A DNA stretch of 64,000 nt from an uncultured Acidobacteriota bacterium (GCA_963756455.1 CAVWNC010000003.1:2456090-2520089), one strand, 5' to 3'. Counted from the first letter of the stretch, positions 26,517 through 36,598 are shown. The notes: generated from the sequence alone by a model not told the origin. Translations and numbers: made by a program.

Positions 26517-28739
26517 ATGCCTGCTGCCGTCAAGAGTCTCCAGCCACCGGTGCCTTCGCGGCCCTCCGTCTGCCTGGAGGACATCCTCGGCTGCCTCGCC
26601 TCTCACGGAAGAAAAGTCGACCGCGACTTCCTGACTTCGGTCTACGAGTTCTCGGAGCGCATGCACGAGAACCAGACGCGGCGCTCGGGCGAGCCTTTCC
26701 TCACCCATCCGTTAAACGTCGCCTACATCCTGGCGGATCTGAACTTCGACCAGACCTGCGTCGCCGTCGGCCTCCTCCACGACGTCCTGGAGGACACCCT
26801 GACGACCCGGGAGGTGCTCCATGGGACCTTCGGCTCCGAGATCACCGAGCTGGTCGACGGGGTGACCAAGATCGGCCGGCACGAGTATGTACGGAGGGAC
26901 GAGGCGCAGGCCGAGACCTTCCGGAAGATGATCCTCGCCTCGGCCAAAGACATCCGGGTGATCGTCGTCAAGCTCGCCGACCGCCTGCACAACATGCAGA
27001 CCCTGGAGCACATGCCGGTCGATTCGCGGCGCCGGATCTCGCGCGAGACGCTGGAGATCTACTCGCCGATCGCCCACCGCCTGGGGATGGCGCGGGTCAA
27101 GGGGGACCTGGAGGATCTGGCCTTCTATCACCTCTACCATCACCAGTTCGCCGAGCTCCACTCGAAGGTGTCGGAGAAGATGAAGCTCGGCCAGGAGGCG
27201 ATGGAGCGCATCCGCGACCGCATGGTGCAGGCCCTGGAGTCGGCGGGGATCGAGGCCGAGATCAGCTTCCGGGTGAAGGGCTACTTCTCGATCTACGAGA
27301 AGCTCCGCCGCCAGGGGATCGACATCTCGCAGCTCTACGACTACCTGGCCTTCCGCATCGTCACCGGGAGCATCCGCGACACCTATGCGGCGCTGGGCGT
27401 CGTCCATCAGAGCTGGCGCCCGATCCCGGGTCGGTTCAAGGACTACCTGGCGATGCCCAAGCCCAACCTCTACCAGTCGCTCCACACGACGGTGGTCGGG
27501 GAGCGCGGCCAGCCCTTCGAGGTGCAGATCCGCACCCGCGAGATGGACCTGATCGCCGAAGAGGGGATCGCCGCCCACTGGCGCTACAAGGAGGGGAAGG
27601 TCGAGCCGCGCCCCTCCGACCCCAACATCCTCTGGCTCCGCCAGCTCCTGGAGTGGCAGAAGGAAGTGCAGGACCCGCGCACGTTCCTGACGACGCTCAA
27701 GATGGACCTCTATCCGGACGAGGTCTACGCCTTCACCCCCAAGGGCGAGGTCATGTCCTTCCCGCGCGGGGCGACGCCGCTCGACTACGCCTACAAGGTC
27801 CACACCGACTTAGGCCACCACTGCGCCGGGGCGCGGGTGAACGGCAAGCTCGTGCCGCTCCGCACACCGCTCTCGAACGGCGACATGGTCGAGGTGCTGA
27901 CGAGCCCCAACCGCAGCCCCAGCCGGGACTGGCTCAACTTCGTCAAGACCCCGCGCGCCAAGTCGAAGATCCGCCAGTGGCTGAACACCCAGCAGAAGCA
28001 GCGGGCGATCGAGATCGGCAGGCGGCTCTTTGAGAAGGAGGCCCGGCGTTACAACCAGAGCCCGAAAAAGCTCCTGGAGAGCGCGGGAATGAAGGAGTAT
28101 CTGACGACCGAGGGCATCGCCAAGAGCGAGGATCTTCTCTCGCGGATCGGCTTCGGCAAGGTCGAGGTCAGAAACGTGCTTCTCCGGGTCCTGGGCGAGG
28201 CGCAGCTCACCGATCCGGTCGTCCCCGGCCGCCTGCGCCAGGCGGTGTCTAAAATCCTCCCCTTCAAGGAGGGGCCGATCGCGGTCAAGGGCTACGGCGA
28301 CCTCCTCTCCTACCTCGCCAAGTGCTGCAACCCGCTCCCCGGCGAGGAGATCGTCGGCTACATCACCCGTGGCCGCGGCGTGTCGGTCCACTCGATCGAC
28401 TGCCCGAACGTCAAGAACCTCTTCTACAATCCCGAGCGCGAGGTCGAGGTGGCCTGGGCGCGCCAGAAGGACGAGGTCTACCAGGTCTCGCTCCTGGTCG
28501 AGACCGCCGACACCCAGGGCATGCTCGCCCGCCTGACCGAGGTGATCGCCAAGCTCGACAGCAACATCAGCCACATCGAGGCGATCACGCGAGAGACCGG
28601 CCACGCCACGATCAGCGTCGTCTGCGGCCTCCGCGACAGAAAGCACCTGGAGCGCCTGATGCGAAACGTCCGGGCGCTCGCCGGGGTGCTGCGGGTCGAT
28701 CGCCGGATGAACGGCGGCGCGACGGCCGAGGCGCTGTAG
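26517..28739 (+). CDS. relA: bifunctional (p)ppGpp synthetase/hydrolase (RelA/SpoT homologue)
   Basis: 740 aa. It has an HD domain (..HPLNVA..LLHDVLEDT..), a synthetase part (..YQSLHTTV..EVQIRT..), a TGS part (VYAFTPKGEV) and a C-terminal ACT-like part. Confidence 0.93.
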   Translation: MPAAVKSLQPPVPSRPSVCLEDILGCLASHGRKVDRDFLTSVYEFSERMHENQTRRSGEPFLTHPLNVAYILADLNFDQTCVAVGLLHDVLEDTLTTREVLHGTFGSEITELVDGVTKIGRHEYVRRDEAQAETFRKMILASAKDIRVIVVKLADRLHNMQTLEHMPVDSRRRISRETLEIYSPIAHRLGMARVKGDLEDLAFYHLYHHQFAELHSKVSEKMKLGQEAMERIRDRMVQALESAGIEAEISFRVKGYFSIYEKLRRQGIDISQLYDYLAFRIVTGSIRDTYAALGVVHQSWRPIPGRFKDYLAMPKPNLYQSLHTTVVGERGQPFEVQIRTREMDLIAEEGIAAHWRYKEGKVEPRPSDPNILWLRQLLEWQKEVQDPRTFLTTLKMDLYPDEVYAFTPKGEVMSFPRGATPLDYAYKVHTDLGHHCAGARVNGKLVPLRTPLSNGDMVEVLTSPNRSPSRDWLNFVKTPRAKSKIRQWLNTQQKQRAIEIGRRLFEKEARRYNQSPKKLLESAGMKEYLTTEGIAKSEDLLSRIGFGKVEVRNVLLRVLGEAQLTDPVVPGRLRQAVSKILPFKEGPIAVKGYGDLLSYLAKCCNPLPGEEIVGYITRGRGVSVHSIDCPNVKNLFYNPEREVEVAWARQKDEVYQVSLLVETADTQGMLARLTEVIAKLDSNISHIEAITRETGHATISVVCGLRDRKHLERLMRNVRALAGVLRVDRRMNGGATAEAL

Positions 28740-28967
28740 GCCGGGCGCTCCCCAGCGCTCTTGGCGTTCCATTGGCGTCCCTCCGGGCGCTTGTGGCGGT
28801 GCAGGTTTTCTAGTAGGCTCCCCATCCTCACGACGACAGCTCAAGTTCTTCTTGCCTTGTAGTTTGCAGGTCCAAAGGGGAAGTGCTCCGGTCGATCCCA
28901 CGGGGAGTCGATCCGGAGGGTGGTCTTGACGCATGCGGACCCATGCCGGTCCAGAAAGAAGACTCGC

Positions 28968-31900
28968 ATGAAGACGAAGCTCGCGATCGCCGCCGCTCTG
29001 CTGGTCACTCTTCTCGGCGTTTCGAAGGCCGAAGCGCAGGCCAATGCCGCCAACTACGCCTTCACCACCACGGTGACCGGCTCGCTGACCGACATGAGCA
29101 GCGGGACGACGACGCTCGTCCCCGCCGACCAGGACGACGTCGCGTCGGCCGTGACGCTCCTCGGCTTCGACTTCTACTTCATGGGCGTCCGCCAGGACCG
29201 CTTCTCGGTCAATTCGAACGGGTCGCTCCGCTTCGGCGCGACGGCGATCAGCACCACCCTCTACGATCCCCTCGCCCAGGCCGGCCAGTCGCTCATCACC
29301 GCCTATGGCGCCGACCAGCGCACCCACGCCGGCGACGGCAAGGTCCACTTCAAGGTCACCGGTGTCGCGCCGAACCGCGTGGCGACGATCGAATGGCTCA
29401 ACATGCAGGCGGACTTCAACGCCGGCGGCACCGCGGACCTGACCTACCAGGTGCGCCTGAGCGAGACCACCGGCACGATCCAGTTCGCCTACGGCTCGAT
29501 GTCGATGAGCGCCAACGGCGCGGCGGACCCCAACTCGCAGAGCCCGCAATTCGGCTTCTCCTCGAACAATGCCGTGGGCACGGTGGGCTCGATTACCGCC
29601 GCCCAGAGCGGCACGCCGGCCCCCAGCTTCAGCGGCGCCTCGGCGACCCCGGTGAACAACACGTACGTGGCCGGCCCGATCCCCGTCCTCACCTCCGCCG
29701 CGGACGGCTCGCGCCGCACCTTCCTCCTCACGCCCCCGGTGGTCAATCCGCCCGGCGGGCCGCTCACCTTCACCGGCGTCTCGGCGACCGGCATGACGCT
29801 CAACTGGACCGACTCTTCGAACGAGGTCGGCTACGCCATCTACGTCTCGACCGACAATGTGAATTTCAGCTTCCTGAGCACCGCGGCGCAGAACGCGACG
29901 AGCTTCACCGCCACCGGCCTCTTCGGCGCCACGACCTACTTCTGGCGGGTCTATGCGGTGACCGAGGGCAGCACGGCCTTTATCACCGGCAGCCAGACGA
30001 CGAGCACGCCGACGCCGAACACCTCGCTCGGCTCGGGGCTGTGGAGCGCCCCGGGGACCTGGTCGACCGGGATCGTCCCCACGAGCAACGACGCGGTGAC
30101 GGTCGCCGCCGGGACGACGGTGACGATCGACACCGCCGCCGTCGCCTACTCGGTTTCGGTCGCCGGTACCCTCCAGTTCGAGCAGACGACGGCGCGCACC
30201 CTTGCGGTCGCGACCGACGTCACCGTCCAGGGCGGCGGCACGCTGCAGTCGAACCCCGCCGGCACCCAGACCGGCCACAACTTGAGCCTCGGGGGCAACC
30301 TGACCAACAACGGGACCCTCGACTTCTCGACCAACGCGGACACGGCGGGCGCCATCCTCACCTTCACCGGCGCGACGAACACCACCTTCTCGGGGACCGG
30401 CGCCACGACCGACATCCGCCAGATCACGGTCAACAAGGGGACGACGCCCGCCGCGATCGTCGAGATCACGACGACCAACTTCACCGTCCGCGGGGTGACG
30501 ACGGATACCGTCGTCGGCGGCTGGCTGGTGATGACGAACGGCACGCTCAAGATCTCCGGGACCTTCGCCGGCACGAGCCGGGTTTTCGCCACGGCCGGCT
30601 ATACGATCCCGGTGAGCTTCGGTTTCTGGCTCAACAACCCGAACTACACGGTCGCCGGCCAGGCCGGCAGCGCGACCAACAACGGCCTGCTGCGGATTTC
30701 GCAGGGCACCTTCAACGTCGGCACGGCGACCGGCAATGCGATGGGTCTCGCCACGGGCAGCACGGCCATCCTCGAGGGCGGGGCGGTGAACGCCACGGGC
30801 CGCTTCGGCGTCGCCGCGGCCGGCAACGCCATCACCTACACGCAGACCGGGGGCACCCTCACGGTCTGTACGATCGGCAATGCCTCGGCGACCCTCGGCA
30901 GCTTCGACCTCGGCACCTCGATCAATTCGAGTATCACGATGAGCGGAGGTACCATCGTCACCCAACTCCTCGCGACCGCGATCGACTACCGGAACCAGGC
31001 CGGCGGGGGGATCGCCGGGGTGACCGGCGGCACCCTGCAACTCGGCAACGCCGCCTCCGGCGCGGCGAAGAACTTCAACCTGCGCGGCGTCGTGCCCAAC
31101 CTGGTGATCACCAACACCTCGGCCAACCACACCGGGACGATGTCGACGACGCTCGTCAACTTTAACAACATCGCGCTCAACGTCACGATCAACACCGGGG
31201 CCACCTTCAACACGGGGAACACGACCTTCCTCATGTCCGGCCTGACGATGACCAACAACGGCACGTTGACCGCCAATGGCGCCAGCAGCAACTTCATCTG
31301 GTTCGACCTCGGGACGGGATTGCCGCAGACCTACACCGGCACCGGCGTCACCACGGCGCCGATCACCAGCTTGAGCCTGCAGAACTCCGGCGGCCTCACC
31401 CTCACCTCGACCAACCCGGTGATCACCAATCGGATCAACGTCTTCATCGGCGGCTTCACCAACGCCAACAAGCTCACCCTGGGGACCGGCGGCGCGACGA
31501 CGGGCGTCGTCCAGATTGGCAACACGACGACCCCCACGGCGGCGGGAACCTTCGACGCGGCGCCGACCTTCAACCTGGGGACGGGAGGCGAGATCCTCTC
31601 GTATCTGCGGACGGCCGCCTCCCGTGTCACCGGCCCCGAGGTCAATCCGGCCCGGAGCCTGACCAACTTCACCTACGACGACAACGATCCGACGCACACC
31701 CTTGCGATCGGCGGCGGCGATCTCGCCGTGACCGGCACGACGACCTTGACCACCGGCCGCGTCGTGACCGGCGCCAACACGCTGAGCGTGGGGAGCGCCG
31801 GCACGGTGACCCGCACCAACGGTTACGTCGACGGCAACTTCCGGAAGACCTTCGCGGCGGCCGCCAGCAAGACCTTCGAGGTGGGCACGGCCAACGGCTA

Positions 31901-34900
31901 CACGCCGGTCACCTGGAACGCCACGGCCGGGGCATTCCCGGCCGACGTGACGGTGGCCACGGTGCAGGGGGCAGACCCGAGCTTCCCGGCGGGGACCAAC
32001 GAAATCAACCGCTACTGGCGGCTGACGGCGACCGGCATCACCGCCGACCTCACCTTCAGCTACCTCGATCCGGCCGACATCCCGGGCACGGTGACGGAGG
32101 CCAACCTCCACGTCTTCCGGCACGACCCACCGGCGAGCTTCACCGACCTGGTCGGCACGATCAACACCGCGGCCAACACCGCCACGGTGACCGGGGTCAC
32201 GTCGTTCTCCGACTGGACGCTCGCCGAGGTGGGGTCGGATCTCTCGATCACCAAGACCGACGGGGTGACGACGGCGACTCCCGGCGGCTCGGTGACCTAC
32301 ACGATCACCGCCTCGAACGCCGGGCCCAGCGCCAACCCCGCGGCGGTGGTCGCCGACACCTTCCCCGCCGCGCTCACCTGCTCGACGACCTGCACCGGCG
32401 CGGCCGGCGGCACCTGCACCGCCGGCCCGTCGGCCGGCAACATCAACGACACGGTCGACCTCCCGGTCGGCGGCTCGGTGACCTACACCGCGGTCTGCTC
32501 GATCAGCCCGAGCGCGACGGGCTCGCTCTCCAACACGGCGACGGTGTCGGGCGGCGCCCTCGCAGACGGCCTCGCGGCCAATAACTCGGCGACCGACACC
32601 GACGGGCTGGGAGCGAGCGCAGACCTTGCGATCACCAAGACCGACGGGGTGACGACGGCGACGGCGGGCGGCTCGGTGACCTACACGATCACGGCGAGCA
32701 ACGCGGGACCGAGCAACGCGGCGGGAGCGACGGTGGCGGACACCTTCCCGGCGTCGCTCACCTGCACCTGGACCTGCGTGGGGGCCGGCGGCGGCACCTG
32801 CACGGCTTCGGGCTCGGGCAACATCAACGGGACGGTCAACCTGCCCGCGGGCGGCAGCGTGACCTACACGGCGAGCTGCACGATTTCGGCGGCGGCGACC
32901 GGCACGCTTTCCAATACGGCGACGGTGACGGCGCCCGGCGGAGTGACCGATCCGACCCCCGGCAACAACTCGGCGACCGACACCGACACGCTGGGAGCGA
33001 GCGCGGATTTGGCGATCACCAAGACCGATGGGGTGACGACGGCGACCCCCGGCGGTTCGGTGACCTACACCATCACGGCGAGCAACGCGGGTCCGAGCAA
33101 CGCGGCGGGAGCGACGGTGGCGGATACCTTCCCGGCGTCGCTCACCTGCACCTGGACGTGCGTGGGAGCCGGCGGCGGCACCTGCACGGCTTCGGGCTCG
33201 GGCAACATCAACGGGACGGTCAACCTGCCTGCGGGCGGCAGCGTGACCTATACGGCGAGCTGCACGATCTCGGCGGCGGCGACCGGCACGCTCAGCAATA
33301 CCGCGACGGTGACGGCGCCTGCCGGTGTGACCGATCCGACTCCGGGCAACAACTCGGCGACCGACAGCGACACGCTGGGGGCGAGCGCGGACTTGAGCGT
33401 CACGAAGACGGACGGGGTGACGACGGCGACTCCCGGCGGCTCGGTGACCTACACGATCACGGCGAGCAACGCGGGACCGAGCAACGCGACGGGAGCGACG
33501 GTGGCGGACACCTTCCCGGCGTCGCTCACCTGCACCTGGACCTGCGTGGGAGCCGGCGGCGGCACCTGCACGGCTTCGGGCTCGGGCAATATCAACGGGA
33601 CGGTGAACCTTCCTTCGGGCGGCAGCGTGACCTATACGGCGAGCTGCACGATCTCGGCGGCGGCGACCGGCACGCTCTCGAATACCGCGACGGTGACGGC
33701 GCCCGCCGGCGTGACCGATCCGACTCCGGGCAACAACTCGGCGACCGACAGCGACACGCTGGGGGCGAGCGCGGACTTGAGCGTCACGAAGACGGACGGT
33801 GTGACGACGGCGACCCCCGGCGGCTCGGTGACCTACACGATCACGGCGAGCAACGCAGGGCCGAGCAACGCGACGGGTGCGACGGTGGCGGACACCTTCC
33901 CGGCGTCGCTCACCTGCACCTGGACCTGCGTGGGAGCCGGCGGCGGCACCTGCACGGCTTCGGGCTCGGGCAATATCAACGGGACGGTGAACCTGCCTGC
34001 GGGCGGCAGCGTGACCTACACGGCGAGCTGCACGATCTCGGCGGCGGCGACCGGCACGCTCTCGAATACCGCGACGGTGACGGCGCCCGCCGGCGTGACC
34101 GATCCGACTCCGGGCAACAACTCGGCGACCGACAGCGACACGCTGGGGGCGAGCGCGGACCTTTTGATCACGAAGACGGATGGGGTGACGACGGCGACCC
34201 CCGGCGGCTCGGTGACCTACACGATCACGGCGAGCAACGCCGGTCCGAGCAATGCGACGGGCGCGACGGTGGCGGACACCTTCCCGGCGTCTCTCACCTG
34301 TACCTGGACGTGCGTGGGGGCCGGCGGCGGCACCTGCACGGCATCGGGCTCGGGCAACATCAACGGCAGCGTCAACCTGCCTTCGGGCGGCAGCGTGACG
34401 TACACGGCGAGCTGCACGATCTCGGCGGCGGCGACCGGCACGCTTTCGAATACTGCGACGGTGACGGCGCCCGCCGGCGTGAGCGATCCAACGCCCGGCA
34501 ACAACTCCGCGACCGACACCGACACGCTGGGGGCGAGCGCGGACCTTTCGATCACGAAGACGGACGGGGTGACGACGGCGACGGCGGGCGGCTCGGTGAC
34601 CTACACGATCACGGCGAGCAACGCGGGTCCGAGCAACGCGACGGGTGCGACGGTGGCGGACACGTTCCCGGCGTCCCTCACATGCACCTGGACGTGCGTG
34701 GGAGCTGGTGGCGGCACCTGCACGGCTTCGGGCTCGGGCAACATCAACGGCAGCGTCAACCTGCCTGCGGGCGGCAGCGTGACCTACACGGCGAGCTGCA
34801 CGATCTCGGCTTCGGCGACCGGCACGCTTTCGAATACTGCGACGGTGACGGCGCCCGCCGGCGTCGCCGATCCCAACCCCGGCAACAACTCGGCGACCGA

Positions 34901-35459
34901 CACCGACACCCTGCAGGCGGCTCCGGGAGCGACGGTCTCCGGCACGAAGACCGTCGCGGGAACCTTCACCGTGGGCGGCACGGTCACCTACACGATCACA
35001 CTGACGAACAGCGGCACCGGAGCGCAGGCGGACAATCCGGGCAACGAGCTGACGGACGTCCTGCCGTCTCAGCTTGCCCTGGTCTCCGCGACGGCGACGA
35101 GCGGCGTCGCCGCGGCCAACACAGGCACCAACACCGTCATCTGGAACGGCGCCATCCCGGCGGGCGGCACGGTGACGATCACCATCAACGCCACGATCCT
35201 GCCCACCGCCGCCGGCACGACGGTCTCGAACCAGGGCACGATCGCCTACGACGGGGACGGCAACGGCACCAACGAGGCGACGGCGCAGACCGACGATCCG
35301 ACGACGCCGGGAAGCGGGAATCCCACCGCGTTCGAGGTCGGCGGACCTGCGCCCCCACCGATCCCCACTCTTTCCCCTCTCGGCCTGCTGTTGCTGGCCG
35401 TGGTCCTCTCCGGCCTTGCCCTCGCGATGCTGAAGCGCAGGCAGCGGGAAGAGAGGTAA
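28968..35459 (+). CDS. giant secreted surface protein: FN3, beta-helix-like region, DUF11-type repeats, IPTL-CTERM sorting signal
   Basis: I trimmed to the ATG at 28968 (signal peptide MKTKLAIAAALLVTLLGVSKAEA). The FN3-like part is ..LNWTDSSNEVGYAIYVS... The C-terminus reads ..PPPIPTLSPLGLLLLAVVLSGLALAMLKRRQ. Confidence 0.88.
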   Translation: MKTKLAIAAALLVTLLGVSKAEAQANAANYAFTTTVTGSLTDMSSGTTTLVPADQDDVASAVTLLGFDFYFMGVRQDRFSVNSNGSLRFGATAISTTLYDPLAQAGQSLITAYGADQRTHAGDGKVHFKVTGVAPNRVATIEWLNMQADFNAGGTADLTYQVRLSETTGTIQFAYGSMSMSANGAADPNSQSPQFGFSSNNAVGTVGSITAAQSGTPAPSFSGASATPVNNTYVAGPIPVLTSAADGSRRTFLLTPPVVNPPGGPLTFTGVSATGMTLNWTDSSNEVGYAIYVSTDNVNFSFLSTAAQNATSFTATGLFGATTYFWRVYAVTEGSTAFITGSQTTSTPTPNTSLGSGLWSAPGTWSTGIVPTSNDAVTVAAGTTVTIDTAAVAYSVSVAGTLQFEQTTARTLAVATDVTVQGGGTLQSNPAGTQTGHNLSLGGNLTNNGTLDFSTNADTAGAILTFTGATNTTFSGTGATTDIRQITVNKGTTPAAIVEITTTNFTVRGVTTDTVVGGWLVMTNGTLKISGTFAGTSRVFATAGYTIPVSFGFWLNNPNYTVAGQAGSATNNGLLRISQGTFNVGTATGNAMGLATGSTAILEGGAVNATGRFGVAAAGNAITYTQTGGTLTVCTIGNASATLGSFDLGTSINSSITMSGGTIVTQLLATAIDYRNQAGGGIAGVTGGTLQLGNAASGAAKNFNLRGVVPNLVITNTSANHTGTMSTTLVNFNNIALNVTINTGATFNTGNTTFLMSGLTMTNNGTLTANGASSNFIWFDLGTGLPQTYTGTGVTTAPITSLSLQNSGGLTLTSTNPVITNRINVFIGGFTNANKLTLGTGGATTGVVQIGNTTTPTAAGTFDAAPTFNLGTGGEILSYLRTAASRVTGPEVNPARSLTNFTYDDNDPTHTLAIGGGDLAVTGTTTLTTGRVVTGANTLSVGSAGTVTRTNGYVDGNFRKTFAAAASKTFEVGTANGYTPVTWNATAGAFPADVTVATVQGADPSFPAGTNEINRYWRLTATGITADLTFSYLDPADIPGTVTEANLHVFRHDPPASFTDLVGTINTAANTATVTGVTSFSDWTLAEVGSDLSITKTDGVTTATPGGSVTYTITASNAGPSANPAAVVADTFPAALTCSTTCTGAAGGTCTAGPSAGNINDTVDLPVGGSVTYTAVCSISPSATGSLSNTATVSGGALADGLAANNSATDTDGLGASADLAITKTDGVTTATAGGSVTYTITASNAGPSNAAGATVADTFPASLTCTWTCVGAGGGTCTASGSGNINGTVNLPAGGSVTYTASCTISAAATGTLSNTATVTAPGGVTDPTPGNNSATDTDTLGASADLAITKTDGVTTATPGGSVTYTITASNAGPSNAAGATVADTFPASLTCTWTCVGAGGGTCTASGSGNINGTVNLPAGGSVTYTASCTISAAATGTLSNTATVTAPAGVTDPTPGNNSATDSDTLGASADLSVTKTDGVTTATPGGSVTYTITASNAGPSNATGATVADTFPASLTCTWTCVGAGGGTCTASGSGNINGTVNLPSGGSVTYTASCTISAAATGTLSNTATVTAPAGVTDPTPGNNSATDSDTLGASADLSVTKTDGVTTATPGGSVTYTITASNAGPSNATGATVADTFPASLTCTWTCVGAGGGTCTASGSGNINGTVNLPAGGSVTYTASCTISAAATGTLSNTATVTAPAGVTDPTPGNNSATDSDTLGASADLLITKTDGVTTATPGGSVTYTITASNAGPSNATGATVADTFPASLTCTWTCVGAGGGTCTASGSGNINGSVNLPSGGSVTYTASCTISAAATGTLSNTATVTAPAGVSDPTPGNNSATDTDTLGASADLSITKTDGVTTATAGGSVTYTITASNAGPSNATGATVADTFPASLTCTWTCVGAGGGTCTASGSGNINGSVNLPAGGSVTYTASCTISASATGTLSNTATVTAPAGVADPNPGNNSATDTDTLQAAPGATVSGTKTVAGTFTVGGTVTYTITLTNSGTGAQADNPGNELTDVLPSQLALVSATATSGVAAANTGTNTVIWNGAIPAGGTVTITINATILPTAAGTTVSNQGTIAYDGDGNGTNEATAQTDDPTTPGSGNPTAFEVGGPAPPPIPTLSPLGLLLLAVVLSGLALAMLKRRQREER
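32238..34925 (+). repeat. 7 x 384-bp in-frame tandem repeats (128-aa DUF11-like modules); copies 2-7 are near-identical
   Basis: The Asp codon of D-L-x-I/V-T-K-T-D-G-V recurs at 32238, 32622, 33006, 33390, 33774, 34158 and 34542. Each unit carries four Cys (LTCTWTC..GTC..SC). Confidence 0.95.
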
Positions 35460-35898
35460 GCGCGATGGCCCGATGGCCCGAGGATCGGGCCGTCGGGCCA
35501 CCGTAGGGGCCGGAAGCGCTGGCGTCGTCTTCACTTCGCTAGTGGTCCGAGAATGAACCTCATTGGCGCCGGAATAGACCTAAGAGGGTTGCGGAAAGAC
35601 CCCATTGGCGGGTGGATGGTTCTTTTTCCGTCTCTGCCCAGAGCTATACAGGAGCAGAAGCCATCCTTTCAGGGTCGATCGGTTCCTTTGAGGGCGTGGA
35701 TACCTCCTGTTGACCTCTGACCGGTTCTTGTTGACCCGCGATAGCCTCCAGTAGGCTCCTGCCAGGTTCTATTGCCATCCTCTTAGCTCTTTGCGCGGCC
35801 CTACAGGTTCTTTTCTTCGCCCAATAGCTTCCTCTCTCCGCCCTTTCTGGTCCTGTCGGCTTCCTCGGGGTGGCTGCAGGGCGGCAAAATCCGGCTGA

Positions 35899-35955
35899 TG
35901 GTCTTCTCCCTGGGAGCGCCGACGTCCCGCCGGCTTCGATCGACCGCCTACCGTC
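35899..35955. repeat. 57-bp direct repeat, copy 1 (AGGTPALPG-type motif on the reverse strand)
   Basis: tggtcttctccctgggagcgccgacgtcccgccggcttcgatcgaccgcctaccgtc matches 36542-36598 at 50/57 positions. Confidence 0.85.
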
Positions 35956-36092
35956 CCCATCCCAAGATCTCTTGGAGAGCGAGGGTTTCGTTGTCGATTC
36001 GAGGTCGAGGACGCTCTCTCGATAGCGCGATGCTAGGATAGGCCCAGGTTATCCACCGACAAGCTCCGCGGGGCACCTGAAGAGGGGAAGGT

Positions 36093-36518
36093 ATGGACGA
36101 TACCAAGCGTCGATTACTCTGGCACGCTATGCTCTTGTTCCTGCTCGGTCTCCTCACGGGTTTTGTTCAGCAAAAATTCAATAATCCGCGTATGGGGCTT
36201 GCCGCGCACCTGGAAGGCGTCATGAACGGGACCTTCCTTTTGGCGTTGGGCGCGGTGTGGACGGAGGTGCGATTGCCTCCGCGGCTCAAGGCTGCGGCTT
36301 ACTGGGGTGCGCTTTATGGCACCTACGCCAATTGGACGGTGACCACGCTGGCCGCGATCTTCGGTACGGCGGCCCTGTCGCCGATTACGGGCGCGGGCCA
36401 TAGCGCAAAGCCCTGGCAGGAGGCCCTCGTGACGCTCGGCTTCACCAGCGTCGGGATTGCCATGGTTGCCTTGTCTGTCCTCGTTCTTTGGGGCCTGCGA
36501 CGAACTGCGGTGCCCTGA
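36093..36518 (+). CDS. small 4-TM membrane protein (possibly hydroxylaminobenzene-mutase-like family)
   Basis: 141 aa with an SD-like GGGGAAGG upstream. Contains ..LLWHAMLLFLLGLLTGF... The family guess comes from memory of similar N-termini. Confidence 0.7.
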   Translation: MDDTKRRLLWHAMLLFLLGLLTGFVQQKFNNPRMGLAAHLEGVMNGTFLLALGAVWTEVRLPPRLKAAAYWGALYGTYANWTVTTLAAIFGTAALSPITGAGHSAKPWQEALVTLGFTSVGIAMVALSVLVLWGLRRTAVP

Positions 36519-36541
36519 CCGCCCTTCTTGCCCTCGCCCCG

Positions 36542-36598
36542 TGGCTTTCTCCCTGGGAGCGCTGGCGTCCCGCCGGCTTCGGTCGACCGCCGGCCGTC
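36542..36598. repeat. 57-bp direct repeat, copy 2
   Basis: tggctttctccctgggagcgctggcgtcccgccggcttcggtcgaccgccggccgtc. Confidence 0.85.

Noticed and set aside
32238-34925. Regular 384-bp repeats considered as a possible CRISPR-like array. The 38-bp repeats at 40726-40878 and the 21-bp repeats at 56871-57143 were considered for the same reason.
   Set aside because: The repeats are contiguous with no unique spacers. The 384-bp units are clearly coding, and no cas genes are present.
27810-35534. A 2574-aa minus-strand ORF, the longest in the track.
   Set aside because: It is antisense to the adhesin gene and the relA 3' end. The translation is overwhelmingly Arg/Gly/Ala/Asp with no motifs. The repeats mirror the plus-strand DUF11 units. 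This is a typical high-GC shadow ORF.
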